Assembly (NCBI GenBank): GCA_937948815.1
Contig: CALFAM010000153.1
Location: 2,212-66,211, forward strand
Length of the DNA stretch: 64,000 nt
Direction of reading: 5' to 3'
From: an uncultured bacterium
Lineage (GTDB): Bacteria > Acidobacteriota > Thermoanaerobaculia > Multivoradales > J023
Shown piece by piece: positions 11,601-26,054 of the stretch; position 1 is the stretch's first letter; the number at the start of each line of letters is the position of its first letter. Below the pieces are notes generated by a model that was given only the letters and a program-made list of their open reading frames with translations, was not told the DNA's origin and searched no databases. Both the position numbers and the translations under genes were made by a program.

Positions 11601-14600
11601 TCAATCAAGACGGCCGCAGCAACGGCCTCACCGCCCCCAGCGGGCCGGCCCAGCAAGCCGTTCAACGTGCAGCCCTGGAAGGCGCGGGCATTCGAGCCTC
11701 CGCGATCGGCTACATCGAAGCCCACGGCACCGGTACGCCACTCGGTGATCCGATCGAGATCGATGCGCTCAAGGTCGTCTACGGCGGAGAGGACGGACAG
11801 CCGCCGTGTGCAATCGGCTCGGTCAAGACCAACCTCGGCCATCTCGAAGCGGCCGCGGGTCTCGCTGGGTTGATCAAGGCGGTGCTGGCCCTCGAGCGTG
11901 AGGTGATTCCGCCGAATCTCCACCTCGAGACGCTGAATCCGCACATCGACCTGGCGGGAACGCGGTTGCACCTACCTACTGCGCCCGTGCCCTGGCCGCG
12001 AGGAGAGCGCCCACGCCTGGCCGTCGTCAGCTCGTTCGGATTCGGAGGCACCAACTGCCACGTCGTGCTCGAGGAAGCGCCGGCGCAGGCAACGGCGGAC
12101 GCGATCCGCTCCGCGAGCCCGCCGGAGCCGGTTCCTCGCCGCCCGGCACGCCTCCTGACCCTTTCGGCGCGCAATGCGCCCGCGCTCGAAGCCCTGGCCG
12201 CACGGGTCGCGGAACGCTTCGAGGAAGCTGACGCACCGGATCTGGCCGATGCTGCCTGGACGCTCCAGACGGGGCGCTCGCACTTCGCGCATCGACTGGC
12301 CGTGGTTGCGGGCAACGCTGCCGAGGCAGCGGCTTCGCTGCGGCGCGCCGCGCAAGGGCAAGCTGTGTCTCGAGACGCTGGGTCTCGAGACGCTGGGTCT
12401 CGAGGGATTGCTCCCTACAGCGGGCGTCCGAAGGTGGCATTCTTGTTCACCGGCCAGGGTTCGCAATATGTCGGCATGGGGCGCGCGCTCTACGAGACGC
12501 AGCCCACTTTCCGCGCTGCGCTGGACCAATGCGCCGAGGTCGTGGATTCCCTGCTTCCGAGCCCGCTGCTGGCCTCGATCTTCGACGCAGCGGCCAGCGA
12601 AGACGCGCTGGCCGATACCGCGCTGGCCCAGCCTGCGCTCTTCGCGATTTCCTTCGCGCTGAGCACGCTGTGGCGCTCGTGGGGCATCGAGCCGGACGCG
12701 GTGCTCGGGCACAGTGTCGGTGAATACGCGGCGGCCCAGGCCGCGGGAGTGATGGATCTGCCGACCGCGGCCCGGCTGGCCGCGATCCGTGGGCGCCTGA
12801 TGGCGAGCGTACCGGACGGCGGAGCGATGCTCTCGGTCACCGCTGGCGAAGCGGGCGTGGCCGCGGTGATTGCCGACCACGGCGACGACACGGTGGCCAT
12901 CGCCGCGATCAACGGGCCAGACGCGACCGTCGTGTCGGGAAGCCGGGCGGGAGTCGATGCGGTGCAGTCCGCACTCGAAGCCGCTGGCACGAAGACCCAA
13001 GCGCTGCGCGTGTCTCATGCCTTCCACTCGCCGCTCATGGACCCCATGCTGGACGACTTCGAGCGTGAAGCGTCGGCTCATTCGTTCGCCACACCTCGCT
13101 TGCCCATGGTGTCCAACGTGTCGGGGGCGTGGGCCGGTGAAGAAGTCGCCAGCGCGTCCTACTGGCGGCGCCATGCACGCGCGCCGGTCCGCTTTGCGGA
13201 TGGCATGCAGGTGTTGCTCGATGAAGGCTACGAGACCTTGATCGAGATCGGCCCGCACCCCGTGCTGCTCGGCATGGGCCGAGCCTTGCCCGGCGCGAGC
13301 GGGCACTGGCTGCCGAGCCTGCGACGCGGCCGGCCGCCTTGGTCACAGCTCCTCGATACCTTGGGGAAGCTGTATGTAGCTGGCCATCGTCCGGACTGGG
13401 CCGCCCTCCAGGGCGACGAGAAGCGCCGGAAGGTGGCGATGCCGACCTACCCGTTCCAGCGCCAGCCCTACTGGATCATGCTGGAAGGTGAAGCGCGATC
13501 TCGGGCACACGCATCGGAGTTGGGCGACAGCCATGCCACCGGCCTGGTGAGTCGCCGCATTCCCATGGCGCGCTCGGGGGACGCCTACTTCGAAATCTGT
13601 GTGGCCCAAGACGCTCCGAGCTTCCTCGCCGACCACCGCGTCGCGGGGCGCGTGGTGCTCCCGGCCGCCGCTTTTCTCGAGCTTGCCTCACAAGCCGCTG
13701 GGCAGCTTGCCGGCCGAAGCGCCCGCCTGCCCGTGATCACCTTGGAAGATCTGGGCTGGGAGCAGCCCCTCGAGCTGACCGGTCGCGGCAGCCGGGTGCA
13801 GGTCGTGGTTTCCCCCGAGGACAACGCGGCCGGGCGGCCCTTCGAGATCCTCTCCCAAGCACTGAACGAAGCCGATCCGGGGGAAGGCCCAGACGACGAG
13901 CCCAAAAAAGAAGCCTGGCGCCTCCACGTCCGCGGCCGAATCATCCAGCGTGTTGCCGCCGACACGCCCGTTCCTGCCGAGCACGATGACGGCACGCTCG
14001 AAGCGCTTCGTGACCGCTGCACCGAGGCCGTCGAGGTCGACGATGTCTACCGCCGCTTCGACGCGATCGGCCTGGCGTACGGGCCCGCCTTCCGTGGTCT
14101 CGTCGACGTTTGGCGCGGTGACGATCACGACGTCCTCGCCCGCCTTCGCCTGCCGCCGGGCGCGGGGTCCTCGTCCGGCGTCCGTCTACACCCGGTCTTG
14201 CTCGACGCTGGCCTGCAACTTTTCGGTGCCGCCTATGCCGGCGTCGACGACGACCTCTTCCTGCCCTTCGGCCTCGACAGCATCGTGGTCGAGGGCACGC
14301 TCGACGGCGAGATCTGGGCCCACGGTCGCCTCGAGCCCGAACGGGCGGGCAGTGGCATCTTGACCGGCGACTTGAACCTCTACGATGTCCGCGGCCGCCT
14401 TCTAGCTCGCCTGCGTGGCCTGGCGCTGCGCCGCACGCCGCGGGCCGGCTTCGAGCAGTTACTCGGGGCCCAGCCCCAACATGACGACCGTCGCCATGAC
14501 CGGCTCTATCGCCTGCGTTGGGCCGACGCCCCCCAGCTCGATCCACCGACGCCGTCCGAGTCGGCGTGGGCTGGCACCTGGTGGATCTTCTCGGACCGCA

Positions 14601-17496
14601 GCAATCTCGGAGCACGGCTTGCCGAGCGGATCGGCGCGCGTGGCGGGCGGGCCTGGGTCGTCGAGCCCGGCCCCTATCGCGCCTCCGCCAGCGCGACGGA
14701 CGAACCGTGCCGCGTCGATCCGGAACGTCCCGACGACTTCCGCCGCCTGGCCCAGGACACCACAGAGGACGATCAGCCGCTCGCCGGCGTCGTCTACCTG
14801 TGGAGTCTCGACGGCGCCGAGGATCCGTTGTCGGGTGGCCTGCGAAGTACCGCCGGCCTGCTGCATGTGGCACAAGCCCTGGTCGACGACGCCGTGACGC
14901 GATCGCCGAGGCTGTGGATCCTGACCCGTGGCGCCGACGGGTCGTCTGGTGTCGGATTGTGCGGCGCGCCCCTGTGGGGTCTGGCGCGTACAGTCGGCCT
15001 CGAGCACCCCGAGCTGGCAACCACCTTGATCGATCTGGCGCCGCACGACGGTGAGGCTGCCTCGGGTCGGGCCGAAGAAGAAGCCGAGCACGTTTGCCGA
15101 GAGATGCTCTCAGGATCGGCAGAGCCCCAGGTCGCCTGGCGCGACGGCGTTCGCCGTGTGGCGCGCCTGGTCCGCGCCGAAGCGGCCGTGGATCCGGCAG
15201 GTGGCGGTGGCCGTGCACTGGCCCTGCCGGCCGATCGCGCCTGGCGGCTCGACGTCGACGAACGCGGCGCGCTCGATGCCCTGCGCGTGCGCCCGGTGCC
15301 GCGGACGGCACCGGCTGCCGGGGAGATCGAGATCGAAGTCCGCGCCGGGGGCCTCAACTTCCGCGACGTGCTCAACGTCCTCGGGCTCTATCCGGGCGAT
15401 GCCGGGTTGCTGGGCAACGAGTGTGTCGGTGAAGTGCGAGCCGTGGGTGCGGGTGTCGAGACCTTCTCTCCCGGCGATCGCGTCTTGGCGATTGCTTCAG
15501 GCGCGTTCGCCCGCTACGTGACCACATCGGCGAACCTGGCCGCGCGCGTGCCCGAGCGCCTGAGCGATGTCGAAGCGGCGACGCTCCCGATCACTTTCCT
15601 CACCGCATCCTACGCCCTCGAGCGCCTGGCGAAGATCCAGCCGGGCGAGCGGGTGCTGATCCACGCGGCTGCCGGCGGTGTCGGCATGGCAGCGGTTCAG
15701 ATCGCGCGCCGGGCCGGTGCCGAGATCTTCGCCACAGCAAGCCCAGGAAAGTGGTCGGTGCTCGAAGCCTGCGGTGTCCGTGCACCAATGAGCTCCCGGA
15801 CCCTCGATTTCGCAGAGCAGGTTCGCGCTCGCACGGGCGGCGAAGGCGTCGACGTGGTGCTGAACTCGTTGGCAGAGGACTTCATTCCCGAGAGTCTTTC
15901 CCTCGTGCGCGCAGGCGGACGGTTCCTGGAAATCGGGAAGCGCGGCATCTGGAGCTCCGAGAAGGTCGCCGCCGCCCATCCGGAGATCGGCTACCACGTG
16001 ATTGCGCTCGACGAGCTGTGTGAAGCGGAGCCGGAGACCATCCGCGACCAGCTTTCGGTGGTGATCGCAGCCTTCGAACACGGTGACTACGAGCCCCTTC
16101 CCCATCGCGTCTTCCCGGTCGCCCAGGCCGTGGAGGCCTTCCGCTACATGGCCCAGGCAAAGCATGTGGGCAAGGTCGTACTGACGCCGGAGGCTGCCGA
16201 CGGCACAACCGCCCTGACCGACGAGGCGACGCCCCTGCTGCGGCCGGAGGCGAGCTATTTGGTTACCGGGGCTAGCGGCGGCATCGGCGTTCGCCTTGCG
16301 GTGTGGCTGGTCGAACAGGGCGCGCGGCACCTGGTTCTGCTCAGCCGGCGCGCGCGTGGCGAATGGCCTGACGACGCGCTTCGAGCGGTCGACGCGCTCG
16401 CCGCCGATGTCGAGATCCGGGCCGGCGACGTGACCGATCGTGACCAGATGGCACGCCTGATGGCTGCGTTTGGCGACCGCCTGCCGCCGCTGCGTGGCGT
16501 GTTTCATGCTGCCGGCCTGCTCGACGATGGCGTGCTCACCGAACAGCGCTGGCCACGTTTCGCCGCCGTGCTTGCGCCCAAGGTGACCGGCGCCTGGCAC
16601 CTCCACCAGCTCACCCAAGCCCAGCCGCTCGACCACTTCGTGCTCTTCTCGTCCATCGCTTCGGTGCTCGGATCGCCGGGTCAGACGAGCTATGCGGCCG
16701 GCAACGCCTTTCTCGACGCCTTGGCGCGCCATCGCCATCTCGAGGGTTTGCCCGCCATGAGCATCAACTGGGGACCGTGGGATGAGGTCGGGATGACCGC
16801 TGCATGGCGGGCGCCAGACCAGGCACGTGCGGAAGCGCAAGGGATTCGGTTGCTGTCGCCAAGCGCCAACTTGGCGCAGCTCGGCACGCTGCTGGCCTCG
16901 GCGACAGCGGGCGGTTCAGATCCCTCGGCCTCATCGGCGCGGGCGCAGCACATGGTCGCCGACATCGACTGGACGCGCCTCGTCGGCCAACTTTTCCCAG
17001 CGGGCGCACCGCCCCTTCTTGCCGGACTGACCACGGTGGCTGTGCCCGGTGCGACGCCCGAGATCGTCCGCCAGCTTCGAGCCGCCCCCACGGGACGACG
17101 ACAGGACATGCTGGGCGATCATCTGCGAACCCAGATCGAGCGGGTGGTCGGCGGCGCGGTCGACCTGAGCGATCCCCGTCGCCCGCTCCAGGAGCTCGGT
17201 TTCGACTCCCTGATGGCCGTCGAGTTGCGCAATGTGTTGAGCAGCAGCCTGGGGCAGCCGCTGCCGGCGACGCTGTTGTTCAAATACCCGACCCTCGAGG
17301 CGATCACAGGCCATCTGCTCGCGTTGCTCGGTCTGGCCGAGCCGGAAGGATCCCGTGCGGCGTCCGAGCTCACGGAGCCGTGGTCCGCGGGAGACGGGCC
17401 GGCGGCCGCGGGCGACACCGATGACGATATCGACGAAGGGGAGCTCGCGGCCTTGCTGGCGGCGGAGCTGAGCGAGCTGAAATTGGAGAGGGGAGC

Positions 17497-17500
<4 letters not shown>
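8642..17500 (+). CDS. Type I PKS, loading plus module 1: FAAL-ACP-KS-AT-DH-ER-KR-ACP
   Basis: 2952-aa ORF. Motifs in order, with approximate nt positions:
- FAAL: [14 protein letters not shown] and FadD32-like [13 protein letters not shown] (8.7-10.4 kb)
- ACP: [11 protein letters not shown] (~10.62 kb)
- KS: DTACSSS / [11 protein letters not shown] / [10 protein letters not shown] (10.84-12.09 kb)
- AT: GHSVGEY plus HAFHS, malonyl type (12.43-13.48 kb)
- DH: [31 protein letters not shown] (13.5-14.4 kb)
- ER: [27 protein letters not shown] (15.2-16.2 kb)
- KR: [24 protein letters not shown] (16.25-16.8 kb)
- ACP: [11 protein letters not shown] (~17.2 kb)
The stop overlaps the next start (ATGA 17497-17500). 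Confidence 0.95.
12367..12404 (+). repeat. 15-bp in-frame tandem repeat (GTCTCGAGACGCTGG, about 2.5 copies) in the KS-AT linker
   Basis: Read directly: 12367-12381 and 12382-12396 are identical, and 12397-12404 is a partial third copy. It encodes [14 protein letters not shown] second small in-frame repeat (CGAACACCG x2 plus a partial copy, 37999-38020, encoding ANTANTAN) lies in the last PKS gene. Confidence 0.9.
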
Positions 17501-21693
<4,193 letters not shown>

Positions 21694-21706
21694 AAATGCG
21701 AGGTAT

Positions 21707-22135
21707 TCAAGGGCGATGGTCGGCAGTCGGTATCGTGTCCAGCCGCTCGCGAAGCCGGGCTTCTCCGCCCCCGGCCAAGCCGTTGATCCGGAATACCTCC
21801 TTGCCATCACGAAAGAGTGCGACCAGGGGGAGCGATCCTACCCGGAAGGCTTCGCGCATCGCTCGGTCCGGGAAGATGAAACGGTCGACGTCGATCTTGA
21901 CCACGCGGAGGCGGTCGGCATAGTCGCGAGCAACTTGTTGCATGGCCGGCAACTGCCGGCGGCAAGACATTCACCAGTCAGCGTAAAAATCGACAAGAAG
22001 AAATCCCTTCTGATTTGCCACGGCTTCCACCGCGACCTTCCGGTCGAGCTCGACGATGACGGTGTCTTCTGCCACGGGGGCCGAAGTAAAAAGGTTCAGA
22101 GAAGAAACGAGCAATACGGTAGCGATCAGATGCAC
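21707..22135 (-). CDS. Thioredoxin-fold selenoprotein (in-frame UGA = Sec at 21971-21973; active site W-U-M-S-C) with an N-terminal hydrophobic signal-like segment
   Basis: ORFs 21971-22195 and 21707-21970 share a frame and are separated only by TGA. The joined translation reads ...KGFLLVDFYADW-U-MSCRRQLPAMQQVARDYADRLRVVKIDVD...GSLPLVALFRDGKEVFRI. That is a complete Trx fold, including the cis-Pro region. GTG 22135 is preceded by GAGGAGG (22140-22146) and gives (M)HLIATVLLVSSLNLFTSAP. An alternative upstream start is ATG 22195. Confidence 0.8.
21938..21965 (-). promoter_or_regulatory. Candidate bacterial SECIS hairpin downstream of the thioredoxin UGA
   Basis: The minus-strand RNA reads UUGC-C-GCCGGC-AGUU-GCCGGC-CAU-GCAA. 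It has a 6-bp GC upper stem with a G/U-containing tetraloop and a 4-bp lower stem. The upper stem starts 10 nt after the UGA. Spacing and shape resemble the hairpin after the selD UGA in this window. Confidence 0.6.
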
Positions 22136-22507
22136 GGAACCTCCTCGTTGAAAGTTGTTATCGGTGTGCGTCAGAGAAGATGGGAGACGAAGCACGGAGG
22201 ATCTTCGAGCGAAGCATCACGCGCTGCGGCTGCGCTCGGAAATCCAGTAGGACCTTCTTTCCACGCGAAAGTTCTCGGAGGGCATCGAAAATCTTCTCGC
22301 GAGTGGCGTGGTTTTTCGATAGTGAGATGTGCTGTGGCGAACATGCGTTTATTGAAGGTTTTTCAATGGCCAAGCTGGGAAACCATCGATCAGGCTGATA
22401 GCATGGTAACAGTGTTCAATAGGGACGAGAGGGATCCGACTCGTCGATAAAACTTGCTGGTAACGATGCGGGGCCTCCTGGTCCTCGCGCACGGCGGAGG
22501 TGTGCCG

Positions 22508-25500
22508 ATGATTCGTTTCAGCATCATGTTTTTCTCCGCCAATGCGGAGACGCTTGGCGACGACAAATACCGCCTCGTCGTTGATGCTGCGACCTTCGCA
22601 GATCAGCACGCTTTCGAAGCTGTGTGGGTGCCCGAGCGGCACTTCGGCCTGTTGGGTGGTCTCTATCCCAACCCATCCGTGCTGCAGTCGGCATTGGCGG
22701 TCGCGACGGATCGGATTGCACTGCGTGCAGGGAGCGTCGTCTCGCCGCTGCACAACCCTATTCGAATCGCCGAAGAATGGTCCATGGTCGACAACCTCTC
22801 CGCGGGGCGTGTCGGACTCTCCTTTGCATCCGGCTGGAACCCTACTGATTTTGCACTGGCGCCAGAGCGCTACGAGCGGCGTCGCGATCTGCTGTACGAA
22901 GACCTCGAGACCGTGCAGCGTCTGTGGCGAGGGGAAGCCATCGAGGTCACCAAGGGCGGTGGCGCCTCGACCACGGTGGAGATCTATCCGAAGCCCGTTC
23001 AGGATGAGCTTCCCGTATGGATCACCGCAGCCCGCAGTCCGGAGACCTTCGAGCGTGCCGGCACCTTGGGCGTCAATGTTCTGACGCATCTCCTGGATCA
23101 AGACGTCAGTGGGTTGGCCGAGAAGATCACCATCTATCGCGACGCGCTGGCCGCCGCCGGGCACGATTCGCGTGCAGGCCGCGTCACAACAATGCTGCAT
23201 ACCTTCGTCCAGCCTGATGAGGCCGTTGCACGCGACGTCGCTCGGGATCCTTACTGTGCCTTCTTGAAGTCCAACATTCCACTGCTCAAGGGGCTTGCCG
23301 AGAGCCGTGATCAGACGGTCGATCTCGATGCGTTGTCTCCGGTCGAGCAGGACGACTTCGTACGGTTTCTTTATCAACGGTTCGCCAGTGCTCGAGCACT
23401 GATCGGGTCGCCTGAATCATGTTTGCCGCTGGTCGCGTCACTGCAAGAGATCGGTGTCGATGAGATCGCTTGTCTGCTCGACTTTGGACCCTCCAATGAC
23501 GACGTCATGTGCGGACTCCCGTCACTCCACCAACTTGCGACGGCGAGCGCTCTGGAGCTCAGAGCGGATGCTCCCTCCGAGGCGATGCCCGCTCCCGTGG
23601 TCGGTGTGACGAAGACCGTTCGCGACCGGTGCGATCGCGTTCTGGCGCCAGACGCATTCGCGCGGCAACTGGCTGCCGTAGGTCTCGAGTCGGCTCGCCA
23701 GATCCTGCCGAACATTGCGCTGAATGGGGCCGAGGCGCTGGCCGAGATCGAAGGCAGCCCGGTCCTGCATCGCCGGAAGCCGCTCGATCCCGCACTCCTC
23801 GAGACGTGTGCCGAGGCCGCACAACTCGTCGCTCCCGAGATCTTCGAGGATCGAGCTCCGCGCCTGGTTTCGCATATTGGGGCGCTCCGAGATGTGGTGC
23901 CGGATGCTGCCATTCGCTATCTACACGTTGTTCGCGTCGAGCCGGGGCAATTTCAGGTCGAGATCCGCTTTCTGGACGCGGCTGAGCGGGTGGTTGGGCG
24001 GCTGGGGTCGGTCCGCCTGCGCAAGCTCGGCAGGCCGCCGGTCGCTCTCATGGCGGCGGCGGGCGACGCCTCGAGCTTGTACTACGAGATGGCCTGGGAG
24101 GTCTGCCCCGCGGCTGCAGATCGAACATCGGTAGCTGCGACTGGCCGCGGCTGGTGCATCGTCGGTGACCGGAGTCCACTGGGTGCCAGCCTGGCGGAAG
24201 CGCTGCGGCGGACCGGTCGGAGTTGTCGCCTGATCGAGCCGGGATCGCTCCCGGAATTCTGGGCCCGACAGGATGCGGACCGCCTGGTGGGTCAGCTGTC
24301 GGAGGACGCCGAGAGCCCGAGCCATCTCGTCTACCTGCCGACCCTGGACGCACCAGTGGACCAGGCGACGAGTATCTCTTCGCTCCGACAGGCTCAGGCC
24401 ATCGGGCCGACAGCCGCGCTGCTGCTGATGCAAGCGCTGGTCGAGCGAGGAGGGGTCAAGGCGCCGAAGCTCTACCTGGTGACCCGCGCCGCGCATGCCG
24501 TCGGCGAGCAGAAGGTACCGCTTTCATCGATTCAGTCGACACTCTGGGGGCTCGGAAAGACCTGTGCCATGGAGCATCCGGAGATCTGGGGCGGTCTGGT
24601 CGACCTGGATCCGAAGGGCGACGAGCAGGCCAACACGGAGGCGCTGCTCGAAGCGCTCTTGGCGGCCGATGGCGAAGATCAGGTCGCCTTCCGCGGCGGG
24701 CAACGCTTCGTCGCACGGCTGGCGCGACGCCGTACGCCGCATCCTGCCGCACCGCCTGTCCGCCACGACGGCACCTATCTGGTCACCGGCGGCCTGTGGG
24801 GAGTCGGCCTGGAGGTATCCCGCTGGTTGCTCTCGAATGGCGCTGGTGCGCTGGTGCTCGTCGGCCGGAGTGCGCTGCCGCCCGAAGATACGTGGGACTC
24901 GCTCGAGCCAGGCACACGTGCTGCCGAGCTGGCCGGCGCGCTGCGAGGGCTGCGCAGCAACGGCGGCGACGTGCGCTACGAAGTGCTGGACGTCACCGAT
25001 GAGCCCGCGCTCGTCGCCCTGCTGGGGCAGTTGAGCGAGACAGAGAAGCCGCTGCGCGGCGTCGTGCACGCGGCCTCTGTGTGGCGGGACCGCAACGGCG
25101 AAACCCTGATACGCCCCATCCTGCAGAGCGACGCGGCCGCACTGGAGCTGGTGTTTCAGCCCAAAGTGCTCGGTACCTGGCTTCTCCACCAGCATACGAA
25201 GGAGCTTGCCCTCGATTTCTTCTGCCTGTTCTCCTCCGCGGCTTCGCTGACCGGTTCCGCGGGCCAAGGGAGCTACGCGGCGGCGAGTGGATTCTTGGAC
25301 ACCCTGGCGCACGAGCGTGCGCGCCTCGGGCTTCCCGCCCTGGCCATCAACCTCGGCCCGGTCTCTGACGCCGGCTTTGGTGCGACGAGTGAGGGGCTCA
25401 AGGTTCATACCTACTGGGAGTCCAACGGTCTGGCACGGGTGTCGCCGCCGCAGGTTCTGGAGGCGCTCGGTGCCTTGACCCAGGACGGTTCGCCGCAGGC

Positions 25501-26053
25501 GGGCTTCATGCGTTTCGACTGGCAGGCCATCGCACGCTTCTTCCCGGCGCTCTACGAAGCGCCTTGGGCGAGTCGGCTCGTCGAAGCCGTCGCGGTCACG
25601 GAGCAGCCCTCGGCGTTCCTCGGTGAGCTTCGCGCGGCGCCCGCTTCCGAGCAGATCAGCCTGGTGATTCGACAGCTTCAGCATCGTGTCGCGGAAGTGA
25701 TGGGGATGGAGGGACCCAAGCTGCCACCAACTCACAAGAAGCTGTTCGACATGGGGGTCGACTCCCTGATGTCGATTGAGCTGAAGGGGCGCCTGCAGGC
25801 GGATTTCGAGGCGGAGATTCCGATCACGGCGGTCTTCAACTATCCGACCATCGATGCGCTCGGGGGCTACGTGGCGAGCCAGGTTCTCGGGCTCGATCAG
25901 CCCGACGAGAGCGAAGGTGGCGTGGTGAGCGCTGCGGAGGACGTCGGGGCAGTGGACGCGGCGCTCAAACACGTCCATGAGATATCGGACGAGGAAGTCG
26001 ACCGATTGCTAGCAGCCAAGACCGCCGAGCTCACCCATCAATCGCAGCATTGA
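22508..26053 (+). CDS. Type I PKS, second part of module 2: luciferase-like monooxygenase (LLM) domain, C-terminal half of a degenerate DH-like fold, KR, ACP
   Basis: ATG 22508 has GGAGG 7 nt upstream; the ORF-track start 22454 is rejected.
- LLM: FSIMFFSA...AVWVPERHF...NPIRIAEEWSMVDNLSAGRVGLSFASGWNPTDF (natural-product LLM type, ~22.5-23.5 kb)
- ~23.6-24.04 kb: a DH second-hotdog-like segment with LDPALLETCAEAAQ in place of HPxLLDxxxQ
- KR: YLVTGGLWGVG, YAAASGFLD
- ACP: MGVDSLMSIEL. Confidence 0.9.
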   Translation: MIRFSIMFFSANAETLGDDKYRLVVDAATFADQHAFEAVWVPERHFGLLGGLYPNPSVLQSALAVATDRIALRAGSVVSPLHNPIRIAEEWSMVDNLSAGRVGLSFASGWNPTDFALAPERYERRRDLLYEDLETVQRLWRGEAIEVTKGGGASTTVEIYPKPVQDELPVWITAARSPETFERAGTLGVNVLTHLLDQDVSGLAEKITIYRDALAAAGHDSRAGRVTTMLHTFVQPDEAVARDVARDPYCAFLKSNIPLLKGLAESRDQTVDLDALSPVEQDDFVRFLYQRFASARALIGSPESCLPLVASLQEIGVDEIACLLDFGPSNDDVMCGLPSLHQLATASALELRADAPSEAMPAPVVGVTKTVRDRCDRVLAPDAFARQLAAVGLESARQILPNIALNGAEALAEIEGSPVLHRRKPLDPALLETCAEAAQLVAPEIFEDRAPRLVSHIGALRDVVPDAAIRYLHVVRVEPGQFQVEIRFLDAAERVVGRLGSVRLRKLGRPPVALMAAAGDASSLYYEMAWEVCPAAADRTSVAATGRGWCIVGDRSPLGASLAEALRRTGRSCRLIEPGSLPEFWARQDADRLVGQLSEDAESPSHLVYLPTLDAPVDQATSISSLRQAQAIGPTAALLLMQALVERGGVKAPKLYLVTRAAHAVGEQKVPLSSIQSTLWGLGKTCAMEHPEIWGGLVDLDPKGDEQANTEALLEALLAADGEDQVAFRGGQRFVARLARRRTPHPAAPPVRHDGTYLVTGGLWGVGLEVSRWLLSNGAGALVLVGRSALPPEDTWDSLEPGTRAAELAGALRGLRSNGGDVRYEVLDVTDEPALVALLGQLSETEKPLRGVVHAASVWRDRNGETLIRPILQSDAAALELVFQPKVLGTWLLHQHTKELALDFFCLFSSAASLTGSAGQGSYAAASGFLDTLAHERARLGLPALAINLGPVSDAGFGATSEGLKVHTYWESNGLARVSPPQVLEALGALTQDGSPQAGFMRFDWQAIARFFPALYEAPWASRLVEAVAVTEQPSAFLGELRAAPASEQISLVIRQLQHRVAEVMGMEGPKLPPTHKKLFDMGVDSLMSIELKGRLQADFEAEIPITAVFNYPTIDALGGYVASQVLGLDQPDESEGGVVSAAEDVGAVDAALKHVHEISDEEVDRLLAAKTAELTHQSQH

Positions 26054-26054
26054 C

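Noticed and set aside
22158-22373. 71-aa minus-strand ORF just upstream of the selenoprotein gene, considered as a small regulator.
   Set aside because: It starts at TTG without an RBS, has no identifiable fold, and lies in the divergent promoter region. Kept only as a possibility for transcript or peptide data to test.
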